From a virus, in the IMG/VR virus record IMGVR_UViG_3300019472_000035, positions 4,696 through 68,695 of that record: a stretch of DNA of 64,000 nt. The stretch is one strand, 5' to 3'. Of this stretch, positions 46,399-55,805 are shown in pieces. The notes beneath the pieces are model-generated. The model made no database searches, was not told the origin of the DNA, and was given only the letters and a program-made list of their open reading frames with translations. The translations under genes were made by a program, and so were the position numbers. Each line of letters opens with the position of its first letter. The first letter of the stretch is position 1.

Positions 46399-47601
46399 GT
46401 GAGAAAACAAATGAACAACACAACAAAAACAACAATTTTATCCGCAGTATTCGCAATGGCAACAATGGGTGCGTTCGCAAATCCAGTTGCGTTTGGCTCT
46501 TTAGAACCCTCTGCCGTAAACCCAACCGTTAATGGTTATAATTCTGTTGCCGTTGGTGCAAACACAAGTATTAATGGTACAAATACAATCGTTGTTGGTC
46601 GAGATAATACGGTTAATGGTGACGATAATATCATCCTAGGGGGTGGCAACGGTACAATCACGGCAAACCAAACGACTGTACTTGGGTATAATAATTACGC
46701 TGGCAATCATCAAGAACAAACCATTGTTGGTGCAAACAACACGTTGGATGCACAAGGTGCAATCTCCGTTGGTACACACAATGTTGTCCGTGGTATGGAT
46801 GCCGTTGTAATTGGCAACAACGCATCTGCCCCAGTACAAAATTCTATTGCGGTTGGTACAAATTCTCAAACGTATGAACCTAAGGGGTTTGGTCAAATGG
46901 ACATCAACGGAACAACACACGTATTCGCTGGTGAAAACCCTAATTCTACAGTTAGCTTCGGTTCTAAAAAGTCTGATACCTATAGCCACATAGATAATTA
47001 TAGCCGACAATTGCAGAATGTATCTGCTGGAAGAATCCAAGCAGATTCTTTAGATGCAGTCAATGGTTCTCAATTGTATGCAGCCATTGATGAAATCAAT
47101 ACAAACGGTACACGTATTACCAATCTCACCACACAGGTAAACACAATTAATGGTCGTGTGGCAACCAATACCGCAGACATCCGTGCAAACGAACACGCAA
47201 TTCTTGACCATGAACAACGGATTACCACATTGGAAAGTCATGGTCAACAACTGTTGGGTGACATTGATAATAAAATCAATCAATTGGAACGTGGCACAAA
47301 CCACGCTATTGCATCCGTATCTGCCCTAAGTGCATTACATTGGAATGGTTTCGATGCACATAATAAATTTTCTCTAAGTGCTGGCTTTGGTCATTACAAA
47401 AATGCAAACGCTGGTGCATTGGGTGCGTTCTATGCACCGAATGAAAACATCATGTTTTACGTTGGTCAATCTTTTGGTTCTGCTAAGGTAACAAACGCAT
47501 CCGTTAATTTCAAAATCGGTAAAACAACGAATGTCAAACGTGATGAATTAAAAGAACTAAAAGAACGTGTTGAAATGTTGGAAAATCTATTGACGAAGTA
47601 A
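46399..47601 (+). CDS. secreted YadA-like trimeric-autotransporter-like protein
   Basis: Sec signal ending AFANP. Repeated NSVAVGANTS / NSIAVGTNS head motifs. NGSQLYAAIDEIN neck/stalk motif. C-terminal alternating beta-strand anchor-like segment, then a 27-aa coiled-coil extension. Confidence 0.5.
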   Translation: MRKQMNNTTKTTILSAVFAMATMGAFANPVAFGSLEPSAVNPTVNGYNSVAVGANTSINGTNTIVVGRDNTVNGDDNIILGGGNGTITANQTTVLGYNNYAGNHQEQTIVGANNTLDAQGAISVGTHNVVRGMDAVVIGNNASAPVQNSIAVGTNSQTYEPKGFGQMDINGTTHVFAGENPNSTVSFGSKKSDTYSHIDNYSRQLQNVSAGRIQADSLDAVNGSQLYAAIDEINTNGTRITNLTTQVNTINGRVATNTADIRANEHAILDHEQRITTLESHGQQLLGDIDNKINQLERGTNHAIASVSALSALHWNGFDAHNKFSLSAGFGHYKNANAGALGAFYAPNENIMFYVGQSFGSAKVTNASVNFKIGKTTNVKRDELKELKERVEMLENLLTK

Positions 47602-47608
47602 TATACAT

Positions 47609-47627
47609 GGGCGGTGTTAAACCGCCC
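47609..47627 (+). terminator. hairpin after the adhesin-like gene (weak T tract)
   Basis: GGGCGGT-GTTAA-ACCGCCC. Confidence 0.4.
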
Positions 47628-47641
47628 TATAAGGAGATATA

Positions 47642-48007
47642 ATGAAGATTGAATTATATGGTAAAACCTATGAACTGAAGAAAACCGCAAAACCAGATGA
47701 GGTTATCGACTTGTTGATTGATGCTATTGGTCAACACGAGAATGTAACACCTACTGATGTCTTATCAAGTGTAAAAGACCAATATATACATGGACTTGTA
47801 CCGATGTATATAAACTTAAGAATGGCATTAAGTAACGCTGGTGTAATGCAAAAGGAATTGGCGGATGTTCTCTGTATGACACCACAAGATGTCAACCGTA
47901 GGTTCTCTGGTGTCACAAAATGGAAACCACTGGAAAAACGTGCGATTGTGCAATTTTTGGAAGACCGTGGTTTTGGTTATACGGAAGAAATCTTGTTTAC
48001 AGAATAA
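47642..48007 (+). CDS. XRE-family HTH protein
   Basis: MQKELADVLCMTPQDVNRRFSG helix-turn-helix in the C-terminal half. Confidence 0.4.
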   Translation: MKIELYGKTYELKKTAKPDEVIDLLIDAIGQHENVTPTDVLSSVKDQYIHGLVPMYINLRMALSNAGVMQKELADVLCMTPQDVNRRFSGVTKWKPLEKRAIVQFLEDRGFGYTEEILFTE

Positions 48008-48045
48008 TGTATGTGTGATATAATGTATGTATTGGAGGTTTTATT

Positions 48046-48567
48046 ATGTCAGAATTTCAACAAGGTATGATTTTAAGAAATATTTGTAACGGTAAACATC
48101 GTGTATATATTCAAGATATTCCAGATGCTGGTTATGGTAAAAACTGTATTGTATACTGTTTAGATACAGACAGATATATCGTTGCCGATGATACCGTATA
48201 CAAACCAATCGAAGACGATTGTCCAGTGGTCAACGTATTATATACTAAAGCACTTATGAATGAATCTTATAATGCATACATCCGTAATGCATCTGTTGGT
48301 GCAGAGTTTATTGCAGAGCAAGTGTTGAAACATTTCCAACAACTAATGGGTTCAGACTTAATCTTGACAGACGAAAGTACATTTATTGTACAAAGCGTTT
48401 GTATCAATAAAGTGTTGTCAACCGATTGGAAACAACATATTGTCTTTACTGGTGTCCGTCAATGTGGTTTTAAAACCAGACGACAAACCAGTGCTTTAAA
48501 TGAGTTGCAACCAAACAGTATTCTATTGGATGCGTTATGCAAGTCAATCGAGGAAGTAGGCAAATGA
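48046..48567 (+). CDS. hypothetical protein
   Basis: 173 aa ORF. Confidence 0.3.
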   Translation: MSEFQQGMILRNICNGKHRVYIQDIPDAGYGKNCIVYCLDTDRYIVADDTVYKPIEDDCPVVNVLYTKALMNESYNAYIRNASVGAEFIAEQVLKHFQQLMGSDLILTDESTFIVQSVCINKVLSTDWKQHIVFTGVRQCGFKTRRQTSALNELQPNSILLDALCKSIEEVGK

Positions 48568-48740
48568 AGAAGTCATTAGATAGACACGAGATACGACCAA
48601 TCGTTGACACCCTAGAAACCATTGAACGTGACTTAGTGACGGCTTTAATGCTGCATGATGTTTCATACGACAGACTCTGTATGCAATATGCCGTTGCTGA
48701 CATTCGTGACATCTTAAATGATTTACAATCGGAGGATTAA
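48564..48740 (+). CDS. small hypothetical protein
   Basis: ATG at 48564. Confidence 0.3.
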   Translation: MKKSLDRHEIRPIVDTLETIERDLVTALMLHDVSYDRLCMQYAVADIRDILNDLQSED

Positions 48741-48970
48741 TGAAGAAGTACGGTGGTTATACAATAGACAATGACGGAATTATGCACAAGGTTATGTCTA
48801 TAGATTCATACGATGATGCTTGCCGTCAATTACAGAAATTATGTATGGAACTTGAGTGTTACAAAACAGGATATGCCGTTGGTGAACACGAAGACCCAGA
48901 TGGCAAGATTTTCTATTTTGAATACCTAGATGTGTATTGGATGAATGAATATGGAGAGTGGGTCGGTTAA
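48740..48970 (+). CDS. hypothetical protein
   Basis: 76 aa ORF. Confidence 0.3.
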   Translation: MKKYGGYTIDNDGIMHKVMSIDSYDDACRQLQKLCMELECYKTGYAVGEHEDPDGKIFYFEYLDVYWMNEYGEWVG

Positions 48971-49191
48971 TGTATTCAGTATATTGGGTAAAACCACAGA
49001 AACAAATCAAAGAATACCACGGTTCATATGATACGTTTGAACAAGCGATGCAATCCATTAGAGATTGGTGGCGAGAAAACGATTATCGACCACGGTATTA
49101 TCGTGTGATTGAACATGGTCAATCTTTTACGATTGATTATGGATTATACAATTGTTTTTATGAGATTGAGTATCATAGGGAGAAAAATTAA
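48958..49191 (+). CDS. hypothetical protein
   Basis: 77 aa ORF. Confidence 0.3.
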   Translation: MGRLMYSVYWVKPQKQIKEYHGSYDTFEQAMQSIRDWWRENDYRPRYYRVIEHGQSFTIDYGLYNCFYEIEYHREKN

Positions 49192-49454
49192 TGTATGTGC
49201 AAATTGAAGACTTTAACAAAGTCATTGATACTGTAAAGCAACAAGCCAAAGCCACGGAATCACAAGCATCCCTTGCTCGCAACCTAGATGAACTAGCTAG
49301 ATTACAACACATCCGCATCAACAGTTTAGAAGACCAATGTGACTTCTTGTTTAAACGCATCTGTAGAATCCACAGACAAATCTTTTGGTATTTAATTGCG
49401 GTTATTGTTGTGAATGTCTGTGGATTGATTGCGTTTCATATGGTGACACCCTAG
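49191..49454 (+). CDS. hypothetical protein with C-terminal TM
   Basis: C-terminal FWYLIAVIVVNVCGLIAF. Confidence 0.3.
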   Translation: MYVQIEDFNKVIDTVKQQAKATESQASLARNLDELARLQHIRINSLEDQCDFLFKRICRIHRQIFWYLIAVIVVNVCGLIAFHMVTP

Positions 49455-49463
49455 GAGGTACAC

Positions 49464-49733
49464 ATGATACAAAAATACATAGAACAAGCCAAAGAAGTAA
49501 TCGGTAACGTAAAAGCGACCGAAGAAAATTATACGTTTGAGGAATCAAGGGCGGAAGACATAGATTTCTATAGTGAATCCTTTTGGTCTTTGGTTACTTT
49601 AATCGAAAAAGCCACAGGTACTACACTTGCGGAAGACGACAAAGAGCCATTGATTATAACAGAGCGTTTTCCGTCACCAATGGATGATTTTATGGAGAGG
49701 TTACATGAAAAGAATAGACAAAAACAAGGTTAG
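49464..49733 (+). CDS. hypothetical protein
   Basis: 89 aa ORF. Confidence 0.3.
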   Translation: MIQKYIEQAKEVIGNVKATEENYTFEESRAEDIDFYSESFWSLVTLIEKATGTTLAEDDKEPLIITERFPSPMDDFMERLHEKNRQKQG

Positions 49734-49875
49734 AACCATGGTTGATGTCGTGAAAGAGTTTGAAAAAGCCTATGAGAGTATGCCAATTCCGACATGGAAT
49801 CAAATCCATTTTTACAATACGGCTTTCCATGAATTAGTCAGAGTAATTGAAGATGATTTAGGAGAAAAGTTATGA
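49705..49875 (+). CDS. small hypothetical protein
   Basis: ATG at 49705 after GGAGAGG. Confidence 0.3.
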   Translation: MKRIDKNKVRTMVDVVKEFEKAYESMPIPTWNQIHFYNTAFHELVRVIEDDLGEKL

Positions 49876-50054
49876 AGACTTCTACATTTGATAAAAAGTT
49901 TTGGAAAATTGTTGACGAAGTTTCAGAGCATCAAGAGGATTGGGAAGAAACTGGTGCAACGAATGATGATATGATTTGGATATACGAAAGAGCATATGAG
50001 GATTTAGTATCTCTTGTTAGTACATATCTAAATGATTTAAAAACGGAGAAATAA
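49872..50054 (+). CDS. small hypothetical protein
   Basis: 60 aa ORF. Confidence 0.3.
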   Translation: MKTSTFDKKFWKIVDEVSEHQEDWEETGATNDDMIWIYERAYEDLVSLVSTYLNDLKTEK

Positions 50055-50720
50055 ATGCAAGTAACATTACAGAACTATACACCGCTTGATACGGCTGTAC
50101 ACGCAATGGGTCAATGCTATGGAAAAACCCTTGGGGTGGATGCATTGGTGCGAGCCGTTCATAGCGGTCATTTATCACTATTGGAACACACGCTGGTAAC
50201 ATTCGATATTGAAATGTCGCAAAAATGCCTTGCACAGATTACACGACACAGACATTTGTCTTTCACGGTCAAATCTACACGTGGCACAGACTTTGCGGAT
50301 TCTACATGGTTTGATTCAACCGAACATCCAGAAATTACCAAAGACATGGGTCAACTCATGAATAAATTAATCGAAAATCAAATTCTGGAATACAGACGGT
50401 TGGTTGATGCTGGTGTGCCGTACCAAGTTGCAGCCTATGTGTTACCATTGGCAACCAATGTAACAATGACCGTAAGTGGTTCGCTTAGAACATGGATGGA
50501 GTATTTACCCAAGCGGTTATGCAAACGTGCATCTACGGAACACCAACAAGTGGCACGAGAGATTTACCACAAATTAAATGCGGTTTATCCATCGTTGGTA
50601 AATTTGGAGATGCTTGGGATGTGTAGCGGTTGTAAAGAAACCTCATGTGATTTTACAACACATAAGAAACAACCGAAAACACCTGTTGTTGTTGAATTAC
50701 GGAAATCGGAGGATAAATAA
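50055..50720 (+). CDS. thyX: flavin-dependent thymidylate synthase
   Basis: TRHRHLSFTVKSTR matches the ThyX RHRX7-8S signature. Confidence 0.75.
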   Translation: MQVTLQNYTPLDTAVHAMGQCYGKTLGVDALVRAVHSGHLSLLEHTLVTFDIEMSQKCLAQITRHRHLSFTVKSTRGTDFADSTWFDSTEHPEITKDMGQLMNKLIENQILEYRRLVDAGVPYQVAAYVLPLATNVTMTVSGSLRTWMEYLPKRLCKRASTEHQQVAREIYHKLNAVYPSLVNLEMLGMCSGCKETSCDFTTHKKQPKTPVVVELRKSEDK

Positions 50721-50995
50721 TGAAAATCTTGAAAAACATTCTATTGGTTATCATCGGCATTTTAAGCGGCATCGGTATCGTCTTGGTAGTCATGGCAACA
50801 AAACTTGCATGGCTTGCCACAGGGATTGCCTTTGTGTTATATCTATTACAATTCTATGTGACGGACTGGGGAACGGTCGCAATGATTTTTTGGATTGCCA
50901 TTAAGTTATCTATTGTCTTGGCAATTGTCTTAATTATTCTTGCTTTGGGTAAAGTCTTGGTTGATACGGAGGAACGCAATGGAAAAGGTCTATAA
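50720..50995 (+). CDS. small integral membrane protein
   Basis: Three hydrophobic helices. Confidence 0.3.
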   Translation: MKILKNILLVIIGILSGIGIVLVVMATKLAWLATGIAFVLYLLQFYVTDWGTVAMIFWIAIKLSIVLAIVLIILALGKVLVDTEERNGKGL

Positions 50996-51200
50996 TGTCA
51001 CCTATAGTGGCACATTCTATGGAGAAGCACGGATTACTGCTTCTAGTGAAGAAGAAGCATATGATATTGCATCTGGTTTAACCGACTGTTTCGACATAAA
51101 CACAATCACTTGTGACTATGATGTAAATGGTCAAATCGAAGAAGTTACTGTATGTGACATCGAAGAAGAAGAACCAGATTACGAGGAAGACTATGAGTAA
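50979..51200 (+). CDS. small highly acidic protein
   Basis: C-terminal CDIEEEEPDYEEDYE. Confidence 0.3.
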   Translation: MEKVYNVTYSGTFYGEARITASSEEEAYDIASGLTDCFDINTITCDYDVNGQIEEVTVCDIEEEEPDYEEDYE

Positions 51201-51450
51201 AACACATGACTTTAAGCGTGGCGACCTTGTGTATGCCAATGGTTTACCAGCCGTTATATATTATGTGTCACCACTACAAATACGCATACTTATGTTAAAA
51301 CGTGGTGACTTAAAGGCATATCGTATCAATCGTGATAGAATCCATGACCGATACGGCGGTGTTGCCATTGATTATATCACAGGTTCTGACTTAGAAAAGA
51401 CCATTGATTCTGTTATGGATTTTTTACATAAGATTGGAGAAAAGAAATGA
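51193..51450 (+). CDS. hypothetical protein
   Basis: ATG at 51193 after GAGGAAG. Confidence 0.3.
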   Translation: MSKTHDFKRGDLVYANGLPAVIYYVSPLQIRILMLKRGDLKAYRINRDRIHDRYGGVAIDYITGSDLEKTIDSVMDFLHKIGEKK

Positions 51451-51881
51451 CCCCTCAATTCAAATGTGGCGACATTATCTCATGTGAATCTGGGAATACA
51501 TGGATTGTCGCCCAAGCAAGCAATGATACTGGGTGTTATTTTGGGTTTAATGCAAACTCAACGTATACATTGCCATATGAAAGACAAGATAATTTCAAGA
51601 AGATTGGTGAGTTCCCAATCAATTCCATACAGGATGCCATTGACGATGCCAAACGACAATCTCTTGATTTACAAACCCAAGTCAATATCGCAGTCAATCT
51701 AATGGGGCAACTGTTGGGTGCGAATGATGCATTACTATTGGTGTTGACCGATATGCGTGTTGACAAAGATAAAAACATTGTATTACTTCGATGTTCAGAT
51801 GGCATCGGTAGACCAGATAAATGGATGTCTGTGGTTGACATATGCGAAGACTATGGGGTAGACAAACATGGAGTTCAATAG
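51447..51881 (+). CDS. hypothetical protein
   Basis: 144 aa ORF. Confidence 0.3.
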   Translation: MTPQFKCGDIISCESGNTWIVAQASNDTGCYFGFNANSTYTLPYERQDNFKKIGEFPINSIQDAIDDAKRQSLDLQTQVNIAVNLMGQLLGANDALLLVLTDMRVDKDKNIVLLRCSDGIGRPDKWMSVVDICEDYGVDKHGVQ

Positions 51882-52386
51882 ACATAATCTATTGGTTCTC
51901 TGGGGTTTACCAGCCAGTGGAAAGTCAACCTTTGTGAAAGAACATGGGTTGACTGACTGGTGTGTATCATATGACCAAATTCGTGACATCATCGGTGGTA
52001 AACATTATGCGTTCCAATATGGGAAGCTGCTGGTAGACCCAGATGTGGAACGTGCTGCACACCAGATGTCATTATACGCAATCTCATGCCGTATGCGTAC
52101 TGGTGATTTTATCGTGTATGACAACACAAATACATTACCACAAGACGTTCTAAACCAAGAGATGCAGTTGTTGAAAGACTTGTGTGATATACACGATTAT
52201 ACATTATGGTATAAGCGGTTTGACACAGATATTGAAACGTGTCTAAAGCGGTCTAAAGAACGCTCACAGTATGAACCAACGGAAGAAGTCATGCGACAAC
52301 AAGAGTTATACTTTAGAAACGCACAGATGCCATCGTTTGTACGCAATTTTGATTATAGTGGATATGATGGATTTTTACACAAGTAA
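51868..52386 (+). CDS. P-loop kinase-like protein (polynucleotide/nucleoside kinase-like)
   Basis: LLVLWGLPASGKSTFVKEHG Walker A at the N-terminus. Confidence 0.4.
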   Translation: MEFNRHNLLVLWGLPASGKSTFVKEHGLTDWCVSYDQIRDIIGGKHYAFQYGKLLVDPDVERAAHQMSLYAISCRMRTGDFIVYDNTNTLPQDVLNQEMQLLKDLCDIHDYTLWYKRFDTDIETCLKRSKERSQYEPTEEVMRQQELYFRNAQMPSFVRNFDYSGYDGFLHK

Positions 52387-52398
52387 AAGGAGTTAGTT

Positions 52399-52800
52399 AT
52401 GGATTTTCAAATCGGTGATGTTGTCATGTTTATGGGTCATGGCTATATGGTGGTTGATTTTGATGAAGATGTCAATCTATTGATTTTAACCGATGGTATT
52501 TCAACCACAAGTGATGTAGATTATGAGGATGTTGTTAAAATCGGTCATGATGATACGTTTGAACGTGACATTATCAATAGAATTAAACACATCCAGTTGA
52601 CACACGAACAAGACTTGATGGAAAACAGATTACATTTAATTGATTGTATCGAAGCCGAAGATTTTACGCATAATGGCGACAATTATACCGTCACTAATAA
52701 AACAAAAAAAGACAACCAGTATTTATATTGTCAGATACATGGTAAAAATGGCTATGAGTGGATTCTCATGGAAGAATTATTGGATAAATTCTTTAAGTAA
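52399..52800 (+). CDS. hypothetical protein
   Basis: 133 aa ORF. Confidence 0.3.
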   Translation: MDFQIGDVVMFMGHGYMVVDFDEDVNLLILTDGISTTSDVDYEDVVKIGHDDTFERDIINRIKHIQLTHEQDLMENRLHLIDCIEAEDFTHNGDNYTVTNKTKKDNQYLYCQIHGKNGYEWILMEELLDKFFK

Positions 52801-52829
52801 ACAACTTTTGTAAATTTCAAAATAAATAC

Positions 52830-52857
52830 TTGACACAAAACTACCGTATGGTATAAT
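52830..52857 (+). promoter_or_regulatory. strong sigma70 promoter P1 (TTGACA, 16-nt spacer, TGGTATAAT)
   Basis: Consensus -35 and extended -10. An A-rich UP-like tract lies upstream. Its -10 region is the left arm of a 21-bp inverted repeat. Confidence 0.6.
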
Positions 52858-52954
52858 GTAATCAACGACAGGGAAATAACCCCAAGTCAGAACATTATAT
52901 CATACGGTAGTTTTGTTTATCGTAATTAATCTTTAAAAATTCTCAAATTAATAC

Positions 52955-52982
52955 TTGACAGAATATGTCGGTATGATATAAT
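52955..52982 (+). promoter_or_regulatory. strong sigma70 promoter P2 (TTGACA, 16-nt spacer, TGaTATAAT), tandem duplicate of P1
   Basis: Same AATACTTGACA context as P1. It precedes the RBS AGGAGG and the ATG at 53043. Confidence 0.6.
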
Positions 52983-53042
52983 GATTACAGAAGTTAGAAA
53001 TTAGTATTAGTAATGGGGTTTATCCCCTCTAGGAGGAACATT

Positions 53043-53372
53043 ATGTTATTCAAATTTTCAAATCAAACAACAACAACATTCGTAAAAACGTTTATCTTCA
53101 ATGCCAAAACGGCAGACATCATCATTCTGGATAATGAATTGTCGAACATGAAAATTCATGTTCCAGTCAGTCGAATTGATGCAGATTTGTTGAACAAAAT
53201 GTTCAATACTATGACGCATAAATTGCTGAACGATGCGTTGGATAACAACATTCCATACGTATACGTCAACTTGCGATTGTTCGTTGAGAACTATGAAAAG
53301 TCACTTGCTGCTGGTTATGAATCCATTGGATACGACCGAACAACTGGTTGCAAGAAAAGCGTTACGTTTTAA
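53043..53372 (+). CDS. hypothetical protein
   Basis: ATG at 53043 after AGGAGG. The track starts at 53013. Confidence 0.3.
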   Translation: MLFKFSNQTTTTFVKTFIFNAKTADIIILDNELSNMKIHVPVSRIDADLLNKMFNTMTHKLLNDALDNNIPYVYVNLRLFVENYEKSLAAGYESIGYDRTTGCKKSVTF

Positions 53373-53723
53373 TTGGGGGTGACACAATTGGCAGATTTAC
53401 CACGGTTTTTACAACACTTGAAATGTTTCGATGGTTGGAAAGTCCAAAGTGACCCCAAAGAAGCCGTTAAGCGGTACTATGAAAAGCATCCGAATGAACT
53501 AAAGAAGAAACGCAAGCCAAAGCCAAAGCCAAAACGAATGTATGGCAAAAGTTATGGAGCGTTGGATTTACCACCACGACCATGTGAAGAGTGTGGTCAA
53601 ATGTTTAAACCACGTCAAATACGTTCTCGGTTTTGTTCACACAAATGCAGTGGTCGTTACCACAGTCGTAAACAGTATGCAAAACTGAGGGAACAAGATT
53701 TATACTTACAGGAGGGAATATAA
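53373..53723 (+). CDS. zinc-ribbon protein
   Basis: CEECGQMFKPRQIRSRFCSHKCSGRYH. Confidence 0.3.
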   Translation: MGVTQLADLPRFLQHLKCFDGWKVQSDPKEAVKRYYEKHPNELKKKRKPKPKPKRMYGKSYGALDLPPRPCEECGQMFKPRQIRSRFCSHKCSGRYHSRKQYAKLREQDLYLQEGI

Positions 53724-53724
53724 A

Positions 53725-53922
53725 TTGAATATCATAACACAAATCAAAAATGATTGTTACTCACGTGCCAAATGGGTGCGTGAACAAACTGCACAGGGCA
53801 TCCCATTAGATGAACTAGAGTTGCAATCTGCACGTAATCTGGCGTATAACGCCTTTAAATGGGATTTTGATTCAGCAGCAACTGAACTACAAGAAGCCAT
53901 TGCAGAAAACCAAACCTTATAA
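53725..53922 (+). CDS. hypothetical protein
   Basis: 65 aa ORF. Confidence 0.3.
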   Translation: MNIITQIKNDCYSRAKWVREQTAQGIPLDELELQSARNLAYNAFKWDFDSAATELQEAIAENQTL

Positions 53923-53946
53923 TTAAAATACAAAGGAGATAAAACA

Positions 53947-54384
53947 TTGTCAAACAGAACTTACAAACCACGGAATTTACTATTGGATGCTACTGTAGGG
54001 TATCCATTGGCACACTATGTTGAAAACTTAGCCAGCAACATTGATATGAACAAAGATAATACCAATGTAGAACTGAATACGTTACGCTTGTCCATTTACA
54101 AGGGTATCTTAAATGTGTTACAACAAGATGCACTAAGCGTTGAAAAATTACAGGGACAAATCGCAGAATGGAAAGCCATTAAGAAAATCGAAGACATCTC
54201 CAAGTTAATTAATGACGTAGACACATCTACGTTGACTAAAGATGATTTAAAGAACGTCAAACGTGCTATTAAGGAGTTAGACGAAGTCGTGACATCTATT
54301 GTCGCTGGGATAAACAAGGTCATGGACAAATGTGCCACACTTGCGAACAAGCATGAAAACCTAGTAGAAAAAACGGAGGATTAG
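53947..54384 (+). CDS. hypothetical coiled-coil protein
   Basis: 145 aa ORF. Confidence 0.3.
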   Translation: MSNRTYKPRNLLLDATVGYPLAHYVENLASNIDMNKDNTNVELNTLRLSIYKGILNVLQQDALSVEKLQGQIAEWKAIKKIEDISKLINDVDTSTLTKDDLKNVKRAIKELDEVVTSIVAGINKVMDKCATLANKHENLVEKTED

Positions 54385-54388
54385 AACA

Positions 54389-54748
54389 TTGTCATACAGA
54401 ACATTTAGCCAAGTCATGTACCGTGTGGAAAACGTATATCGTTTATTACCACCAGATTTCTTTAAGGGCAACTATGAAACCTATGTCGTGAATACGGAAG
54501 ACGGTCATATGTTAGCGTTCAATCGTAAACGCAAAGAATACGATGTGGTCAAACAAACTACTGAATTGTTTTTCTACAGAAACAACGGTATGTTGACACA
54601 TTATTCTCACAGTCACGGTATTTTCGATGGTGAACCAACGATGCATTGGGTCAAACGTGACGACCAATTTAATGACGAAGAATACGACTTCATTTGTCAA
54701 ATTGATGATGCCTTATTGTGTCAGTCTTCCGAGGAGGGGTGGTTATAA
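54389..54748 (+). CDS. hypothetical protein
   Basis: 119 aa ORF. Confidence 0.3.
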   Translation: MSYRTFSQVMYRVENVYRLLPPDFFKGNYETYVVNTEDGHMLAFNRKRKEYDVVKQTTELFFYRNNGMLTHYSHSHGIFDGEPTMHWVKRDDQFNDEEYDFICQIDDALLCQSSEEGWL

Positions 54749-54768
54749 AAACCACCCATGATACCATT

Positions 54769-55083
54769 ATGAATGAACAACAATTGATGAAAACCATCGA
54801 AGACCAAAACCAAGTGATTATCGCCAAGGATGCCACAATTGAGTTGTTGCGTAAAGACTTAAGGGATGCAAAATGTGAATTAAACGAGTTGTATTTCGAC
54901 AGGTCATGGCAGAAGATGCAAAGAGAATATTTGACCGAAGCTATAATGCAAAAGTCAGTCAAAATCATTGGTGGCTTTGAATACGGCACCAGATATATAC
55001 CATTGTATTTTGCTATTACGTTAAACATTGCAACTATTGCCTTTGGATTGTTTATATTGTCTACGATGGGAGTATTCAAATGA
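54769..55083 (+). CDS. hypothetical protein with C-terminal TM
   Basis: ATG at 54769. C-terminal IPLYFAITLNIATIAFGLFILSTMGVF. Confidence 0.3.
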   Translation: MNEQQLMKTIEDQNQVIIAKDATIELLRKDLRDAKCELNELYFDRSWQKMQREYLTEAIMQKSVKIIGGFEYGTRYIPLYFAITLNIATIAFGLFILSTMGVFK

Positions 55084-55502
55084 TTATAGAACCAATGGAC
55101 GACTTTTGGAAACAAATGTTGGACGAACTGGAGAATACAACGAATGAAGAATGGATGCAGCTTATTGAAGACTACGAAAGGGAGAACCGACCAATGCTAG
55201 AAGCCATTGAATTATGCAATCAAATATTGGAACTGATTGAAGACTTGAATGAGCCACGGCTTTTACGTTTCGATGATATTACCATCGTTTCTAGTTTTGG
55301 TTCATACAATTGCTATGGCGACGAATGTTATTCTATGGTTGTTAAAATCTATACAGAAGAAAAATTAGATTTATTCATTGACAAAACAACGCACTATGGT
55401 TTAGAATATGAAGTAACAAATAGAGAAATTGATAAAATTTCATTTTTACAACATATCGTTGAATTGTTAAAACTAAGATTGGAGCGTAACAAACATGAGT
55501 AA
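55080..55502 (+). CDS. highly acidic protein (DNA-mimic candidate)
   Basis: About 35 Asp/Glu in 140 aa. Confidence 0.3.
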   Translation: MIIEPMDDFWKQMLDELENTTNEEWMQLIEDYERENRPMLEAIELCNQILELIEDLNEPRLLRFDDITIVSSFGSYNCYGDECYSMVVKIYTEEKLDLFIDKTTHYGLEYEVTNREIDKISFLQHIVELLKLRLERNKHE

Positions 55503-55532
55503 CATTCGTCGCCATCTGGAGAAGAATCTATT

Positions 55533-55793
55533 GTGAGTTCTTTTATTACTAAACTAGAAGAATTAAACAATAAACCAAAGAAACAATACAAAATCAAGGC
55601 ACATTATGGTACAATCTACAGATTTGTTACCGTTGAAAGCCATAGAACGGCAACAGAATTATTGGATTATTATGTGGCACTCATCCATAGTGGCAGACAT
55701 GTGTATATCCAAAACATGGATAACAACGATAATGAAGCCTGTGTTTTAAAACTTAATGATGCCGATGCGTTTGCCGTTCTATCTCTGGAATAA
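55533..55793 (+). CDS. hypothetical protein
   Basis: 86 aa ORF. Confidence 0.3.
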   Translation: MSSFITKLEELNNKPKKQYKIKAHYGTIYRFVTVESHRTATELLDYYVALIHSGRHVYIQNMDNNDNEACVLKLNDADAFAVLSLE

Positions 55794-55805
55794 CAGGAGG
55801 ATTAA

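Noticed and set aside
46399-47601. Interpreting the YadA-like protein as the receptor-binding tail fibre
   Set aside because: It has a cleavable Sec signal peptide and is located in the early or accessory region, far from the tail module. It is followed by its own hairpin. A secreted or outer-membrane moron product fits better, though virion proteomics is needed.
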